64,000 bases of DNA from a virus: positions 32,831 to 96,830 of IMG/VR virus record IMGVR_UViG_3300042987_004038; one strand, written 5' to 3'. Made by a program: the position numbers and the translations under genes. Shown piece by piece: positions 59,604 through 64,000 of the stretch. Within the stretch, counting starts at the first letter, position 1; each line of letters begins with the position of its first letter. The notes under the pieces are model-generated. The model saw only the letters and a list, made by a program, of their open reading frames with translations, was not told the DNA's origin and did not search any database.

Positions 59604-60205
59604 GCGCCCTTTCTCTCCTAACGGAATGGACACCGCTTTCTCTGACGCCTGATCTGATCAGGGAGTCTAGATTGCAAAACTCTGGTAAAATCATGCTCAA
59701 GGGCGTGATCCAGCGGGCTGATACGCTAAATCAGAACGGCAGAATCTATCCTCGATCAATACTTGAGAGAGAGATCATTAATTATCAAAAATTCATTAGA
59801 GAGAATAGGGCACTTGGAGAATGTGACCACCCTGATACTTCTGTCGTTGAGCTTAAAAATGCTTCTCACATTGTTAGAGAAGCACGTATGGAAGGTGATA
59901 CAGTTTATGGATCTGTTGAACTTCTTGATACTCCAAGTGGAAAGATCTTGCAAAGTCTCATAGAATCCGGAGTCACACTGGGCATATCTTCGAGAGGCGT
60001 GGGATCCACTAGACAGCAAGATGGGAATACTATCGTGCAGGAAGATTTTCAATTAATTTGTTTCGACATTGTTTCTGAACCTAGCACACCCGGAGCATTT
60101 ATGCTCAAGGAGTCGAAGTCAATTAGGCCAGCAGATTTGCGTGCCACCTTTAATAGATCAGACAGGATTAATAGAATTTTCAATGATATCAAATCCTGGA
60201 AGTGA
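59600..60205 (+). CDS. Prohead core protease (gp21-like)
   Basis: NQNGRIYP, ALGECDHP, SH, LDTPSGKI, GISSRGVGS, DIVSEPSTPGA. Confidence 0.95.
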   Translation: MSALSLLTEWTPLSLTPDLIRESRLQNSGKIMLKGVIQRADTLNQNGRIYPRSILEREIINYQKFIRENRALGECDHPDTSVVELKNASHIVREARMEGDTVYGSVELLDTPSGKILQSLIESGVTLGISSRGVGSTRQQDGNTIVQEDFQLICFDIVSEPSTPGAFMLKESKSIRPADLRATFNRSDRINRIFNDIKSWK

Positions 60206-60208
60206 TAG

Positions 60209-60718
60209 ATGAAAATGACAAGGAGAGAGCTAAAAGGTCTAGTCAAAGAATGCCTCGTAGAGATTCTATCAGAGGGCCTATCTGAGACTCAAAATGCTAT
60301 AAACGAGTCCAAGAGAGAGAGGCTGGAATCTCATCATGTAGCGCGTCAAAATGCTTCTGTAGAGTATGCAAGCAATCCAAGAAAAATGATTGCAGAGAAA
60401 ATTAGCTTCCTACCAAGCAAGTCTGAAATAAAACAGTCACAAGTTCAGGCGCCCGTTCAAAACGTCCGTGCGCTGGCGGGGTCTTTGACTTCTGATCCAG
60501 TCATGGCAGACATATTTGCCGATACAGCTAGATCGGGTGCACACAAAGGGATGAACGAATCAGTCGCTGGTCGGGTCGATCATGAACAAATGATTGCAAC
60601 TGCAGGAGATGCAGCGGCAAAAGTGATGCTAAAGAGTGATCCAACAGATATATTTGGAGAGAGCGCTAGCAAGTGGGCATCTCTCGCTTTTTCTGAGAAG
60701 ATACCTGCAAGATCTTGA
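60209..60718 (+). CDS. Hypothetical head-associated protein
   Basis: N-terminal RRELKGLVKECLVEILSE, plus INES and MNES sites. Confidence 0.55.
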   Translation: MKMTRRELKGLVKECLVEILSEGLSETQNAINESKRERLESHHVARQNASVEYASNPRKMIAEKISFLPSKSEIKQSQVQAPVQNVRALAGSLTSDPVMADIFADTARSGAHKGMNESVAGRVDHEQMIATAGDAAAKVMLKSDPTDIFGESASKWASLAFSEKIPARS

Positions 60719-60726
60719 GTAGCGTA

Positions 60727-60733
60727 ATAAATA
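60727..60733 (+). promoter_or_regulatory. Putative late promoter (ATAAATA)
   Basis: Near match to the T4 late box in the gap before 60760. Confidence 0.5.
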
Positions 60734-60759
60734 AAAATGTAACCTAAGGGGTTTTCAAC

Positions 60760-61059
60760 ATGGCAATCAAACTCACACCAGATAGACTTCGTCGCCTTGT
60801 CCTCGAGGAGAAGGCAAAAATGGCCAAATCAGAGAAGAAGCATGATCTCGATCCCAAGGCCAAGAAAGAGATGTACACTGAGATGGAAGAGGAGTCTTGG
60901 CACAAGGCAAAGGGACAAACTGTCAAGCAGACTCCCGGCAAGAAGCTCCAGACCCTAAAGATGATCAAGGAGCAAGAGGATGATCTTCGTGATCGCCTTC
61001 GCCGTCTCCAGGAGCGTCGTCTTGCTCTTCGTCGCCAGATAATTTCTGAGCTTGAGTAA
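60760..61059 (+). CDS. Small charged coiled-coil head-associated protein
   Basis: MAIKLTPDRLRRLVLEE. Codon style resembles the capsid gene. Confidence 0.6.
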   Translation: MAIKLTPDRLRRLVLEEKAKMAKSEKKHDLDPKAKKEMYTEMEEESWHKAKGQTVKQTPGKKLQTLKMIKEQEDDLRDRLRRLQERRLALRRQIISELE

Positions 61060-61086
61060 GTAAGACAAACAAAACAGGAGTTGCAA

Positions 61087-61617
61087 ATGTCATCAGTTAA
61101 GTATGGAACTGTAGTTCCGCTTGGAGTCCCCGGTGAAGGGGGGTTCGGGCACAGGAGCGACGTTAATCTTTCTGCGATGTTTGCAACTCCTGTTGGCACC
61201 ACGTACAGTGAAGAAGCTGTTAAAAATGCTGGAATTGCAGCTTTTAATGGTGCTGGTGGACCTGGAGACTCCATTCCAAATATCGGAGTCGCAGCTGGCG
61301 TTATAAATGATGGCGGATACGCATTTGGAAGTTTTGATCTAAATTATACGGGCGTTCCAGATCTAGAGACAGTTGTTGTTGGCGGAGAAGGATTGCCTGC
61401 ATCTCCTTACGTTCCAAATCCAGCATCTCCTGGACCCGGGAGTGTTTCTCCCTTTGACATCCCGGAGTATACAGGTGCTTTACCAGAAAAAGGGAATGAA
61501 TACGGATTTGGGCTAGGTGCTATCTCGCCGTCTGAGACTTCTCCGGGGGTCGCAGGCCAGACCTTAGGCACATACATCAGGGGAAGATCTTATCCTGGAT
61601 CTGATGGCAGAACTTAA
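61087..61617 (+). CDS. Gly/Pro-rich hypothetical virion protein
   Basis: SD CAGGAG before ATG 61087. Contains PASPYVPNPASPGPG. Confidence 0.6.
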   Translation: MSSVKYGTVVPLGVPGEGGFGHRSDVNLSAMFATPVGTTYSEEAVKNAGIAAFNGAGGPGDSIPNIGVAAGVINDGGYAFGSFDLNYTGVPDLETVVVGGEGLPASPYVPNPASPGPGSVSPFDIPEYTGALPEKGNEYGFGLGAISPSETSPGVAGQTLGTYIRGRSYPGSDGRT

Positions 61618-62153
61618 TGCCTAGATTTGTCCACGACCAGAGAACAGGTGCCGGTTACGGGTTTGTTGGAAGAAAAGGATTTCAAAATACACAGATAGCA
61701 GGCGATAAATTCCCCTACAACACAGAAAATACTAGAGAAAACGAAGAAGATGGCGATGAAGATGATCTTGATTTGCGCGCCATGATTAACAAGCGGCTTT
61801 CTTACGGAAATTTAGCAAGAAAGCCTGAGCCCTATTCTAGAACTGATAGATTTACTATGTCAAAAAACAGGCTTGACCTCGCAGAGTCCGGAACACCTCG
61901 TACTACCCTAATAGGAATGGTTCCTTTCCCTATGAGAAAATTTGACGGACCTGCGGTTGGAGGATCATCTTCGAATCCTTCTTTTACTGTTTCGCCTGGC
62001 GTGGTCGATGTTGACCCAAGAGGATGGTCAATGGGCGATGTCAAATCAAAGACTGAAGAACTAAGAGCACCTCTTCGTTTTGTTGATGCAGTCAATCCTG
62101 AGATCAGGGAAAGAGTTGGAAAAAAGCTAAAAATTGCAAGACTTAAGCAGTAA
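61617..62153 (+). CDS. Hypothetical protein
   Basis: TAATG-coupled ORF in the head module. Confidence 0.55.
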   Translation: MPRFVHDQRTGAGYGFVGRKGFQNTQIAGDKFPYNTENTRENEEDGDEDDLDLRAMINKRLSYGNLARKPEPYSRTDRFTMSKNRLDLAESGTPRTTLIGMVPFPMRKFDGPAVGGSSSNPSFTVSPGVVDVDPRGWSMGDVKSKTEELRAPLRFVDAVNPEIRERVGKKLKIARLKQ

Positions 62154-62175
62154 CAAGAACAAACAAAAGCATAGA

Positions 62176-62183
62176 TATAAATA
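62176..62183 (+). promoter_or_regulatory. T4-type late promoter TATAAATA
   Basis: Exact T4 late consensus upstream of the scaffold and capsid genes, followed by SD GAGGA. Confidence 0.7.
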
Positions 62184-62207
62184 ATTTCAGCAGAAGAGGA
62201 AAGCGTA

Positions 62208-63578
62208 ATGTCAAGATCACTGTTCGAAGAAGCAATAGCTGATGCTAAGCAGCTTCGAGAAGCAGCAGAGATAAATGCTAAGAACGCAATCATTGAGGCT
62301 GTTACTCCTAGAATTAGAGAATTCATAGAGAAACAGCTAGTCGGAGACACTGAGAACAACAATGATTCAGATTTTCTTGAAGAATCAATCATTGGAGAAG
62401 ATCAGGATGACGAAGAAATTGCTCTTGATGAATCAGCGCTTAGATCTCTTACCAGTCTAATGAGGGGAGAAGCACCTGCCAACACACAAGGTGGCAGAGA
62501 TCTTGCAGCTCTTTCTGAGGCTTTTGATTCTCTCTCAGAAGATGAGCAAAAAAGACTTTTGACTCTTGTCAAAGAAGGCGACCTTAATATTAAGGACCAA
62601 AAGAAAGAAGAGAAAAAGTCTGATAAAGTAGATGACGCCTACGAGATCAATCTTGATGAGCTTAGGGCATCTATTGTTTCTGAAATGAAATCAAAAGCAA
62701 ATGGAGCTAAAATGAAAGGAAAGCATATGGATATGGAAGAAGAGCTCTATGAGCTCGACGAGATGATGATGGACGACGATGAGCTTGAAGAGGCTGATCT
62801 CGTATTTTCAAAAGAAGAGCTCGAGTCTCTCGGAATTGATTCAAAGGCGCTTCAATCGATGAGCCTGGGCGTCAAAGTTTCAGGAGAGGAAGGCGAAGAG
62901 GAAGAAGACACTGATGTCGAGGTCAGCGACGAGGAAGCCGAGGCTGCTCCCGAAGAGGAGCCAGAACCTGAAGGTGAGCCAGTTTCTGAGACAGTTTATG
63001 AAATTGATGAGAATATGCTTCGTCGTGAGCTTGCACGTCTTCGCGAAGCAAAGTCTCGCAAGAAGAACGGTGGCGCATCTTCATCACACAAGGCTGCCGC
63101 AGGCGCTTTTGGTGGTGGAACTCTCGAGGGAGAAGTTCTCGAGGTCGAGCTCAATAAGGCAGCCGCAAAGAGCGCCAAGATGAAATCAGATCTTATGAAA
63201 GAGGCACGGGAGAATCGTGCCCTAAGACAGCAGCTCAATGATTACAGAGGCGCAGTTGAAACGCTTCGTGAGCAACTTTCCGATCTTAACTTGTTCAACG
63301 CAAAGCTTCTTTACGTCAACAAGATCCTCCAGAACAAGGACGTTGCACCAAATCAACGTCGTTCAATCATCGAGGCACTTGACGGCGCAGCTAATCTTCG
63401 CGAGGCCAAGTTGCTATATGAGAGCCTTTCAACTTCGATTTCTTCGAAGAATGCGTCTCTCAACGAGTCAGTCAAGCACACAGCCGGCTTGGCATCACGC
63501 CCAACCACTTCTGCTTCTGCCCGAATGAGCGGTGCAGGTGAGGTGGATCGCTGGGCAATCCTTGCTGGTATCAAGTAA
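62208..63578 (+). CDS. Prohead scaffold/core protein (gp22-like)
   Basis: Very acidic and coiled-coil, directly upstream of the major capsid gene. NLFNAKLLYVNK and a C-terminal RWAILAGIK. Confidence 0.75.
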   Translation: MSRSLFEEAIADAKQLREAAEINAKNAIIEAVTPRIREFIEKQLVGDTENNNDSDFLEESIIGEDQDDEEIALDESALRSLTSLMRGEAPANTQGGRDLAALSEAFDSLSEDEQKRLLTLVKEGDLNIKDQKKEEKKSDKVDDAYEINLDELRASIVSEMKSKANGAKMKGKHMDMEEELYELDEMMMDDDELEEADLVFSKEELESLGIDSKALQSMSLGVKVSGEEGEEEEDTDVEVSDEEAEAAPEEEPEPEGEPVSETVYEIDENMLRRELARLREAKSRKKNGGASSSHKAAAGAFGGGTLEGEVLEVELNKAAAKSAKMKSDLMKEARENRALRQQLNDYRGAVETLREQLSDLNLFNAKLLYVNKILQNKDVAPNQRRSIIEALDGAANLREAKLLYESLSTSISSKNASLNESVKHTAGLASRPTTSASARMSGAGEVDRWAILAGIK

Positions 63579-63599
63579 TCAAAAAGCTTAGGAGAAAAA

Positions 63600-64000
63600 A
63601 TGTCAAAGAATTTTTCATTAAACATGCTCGCTGAGGGAATCAGCGATCGCAACATCACTGAGGAGGGTCGTCGCCTCGTTGAGAAGTGGACCCGTACCGG
63701 TCTTCTTCGTGGTCTCGATGGCGTCAAGCGTGACAACATGGCTCGCCTCATGGAGAACCAGGCTGCACAGCTCCTCCGCGAGGTTAACTCTCTCGGAACC
63801 GGCGGCGCGAACGCTTCTTCTTCTGGTGACATCCGTGGCTTCACCAACATCGCCTTCCCGATCGTCCGCAGGGTGTTCGGCGGCCTCGTTGCTAACGAGC
63901 TCGTCTCCATCCAGCCAATGAGCCTTCCTTCCGGTCTGCTCTTCTACCTGGATTACACCTACGGATCTGATGTTGGCGGCGATGCCTCCCTCACAACTGG
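63600..64000 (+). CDS. Major capsid protein (gp23-like), 3'-truncated by the window edge
   Basis: Manual translation from ATG 63600 (SD AGGAG): MSKNFSLNMLAEG...LVEKWTRTGLLRGL...MARLMENQA...AFPIVRRVFGGLVANELVSIQPMSLPSGLLFYLDY. Confidence 0.95.
   Translation, partial: MSKNFSLNMLAEGISDRNITEEGRRLVEKWTRTGLLRGLDGVKRDNMARLMENQAAQLLREVNSLGTGGANASSSGDIRGFTNIAFPIVRRVFGGLVANELVSIQPMSLPSGLLFYLDYTYGSDVGGDASLTT

Noticed and set aside
60744-63910. Long minus-strand ORFs (60744..61274, 61832..62392, 63353..63910)
   Set aside because: They are antisense shadows of well-supported + strand head genes with biased codons, and show no motifs of their own.
63679-63921. 80-aa + strand ORF in the track
   Set aside because: It is out of frame inside the major capsid gene, which starts at 63600 and runs off the window.
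1-64000. Stop-codon reassignment, as seen in some large phages
   Set aside because: Conserved genes are full length under the standard code, and TAA, TAG and TGA all end genes at sensible positions.
1-64000. tRNA, rRNA or large ncRNA genes
   Set aside because: The longest intergenic gaps are about 90 nt and show no cloverleaf or T-loop signature.

Overview
This is a 64-kb segment of a large T4-superfamily (myovirus-type, probably jumbo) dsDNA phage. It is densely coding, all credible genes lie on the + strand, and it uses the standard genetic code. From left to right it holds: the 3' end of a PhoH ATPase; two small lectin-like paralogs; two modular Ser/Gly/Thr-rich tail-fibre proteins; an intrinsic terminator; a ~17-kb glycan-biosynthesis cluster (about 9-10 glycosyltransferase genes of GT2, GT4/GT-B, GT8-like and GT17 types, three methyltransferase genes, an NDP-sugar epimerase, a UDP-glucose dehydrogenase, a PIG-L deacetylase and WbqC, with a Cas4/AddB-like nuclease inserted); a gp55-like late sigma factor; a ~26-kb baseplate/tail block (gp5-like, gp25, gp6, a LamG protein and large uncharacterised proteins); RuvC-like resolvase, primase and a single-polypeptide Mre11-Rad50 fusion; and the head module (terminase, portal, prohead protease, scaffold and the start of the gp23 major capsid protein at 63600, which is missing from the ORF track). 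The most interesting candidate system is phage-encoded virion glycosylation: the glycan cluster sits beside the tail-fibre genes, and a recurrent [S/T]-G-S tripeptide marks a subset of tail proteins but is nearly absent from the enzymes, so it may be an acceptor sequon (inference). Two promoter classes are visible: a degenerate late motif ATA(T/A/G)(T/A)TA and sigma70-like -10 boxes placed for leaderless transcripts. All product calls come from motif recognition, not database searches.
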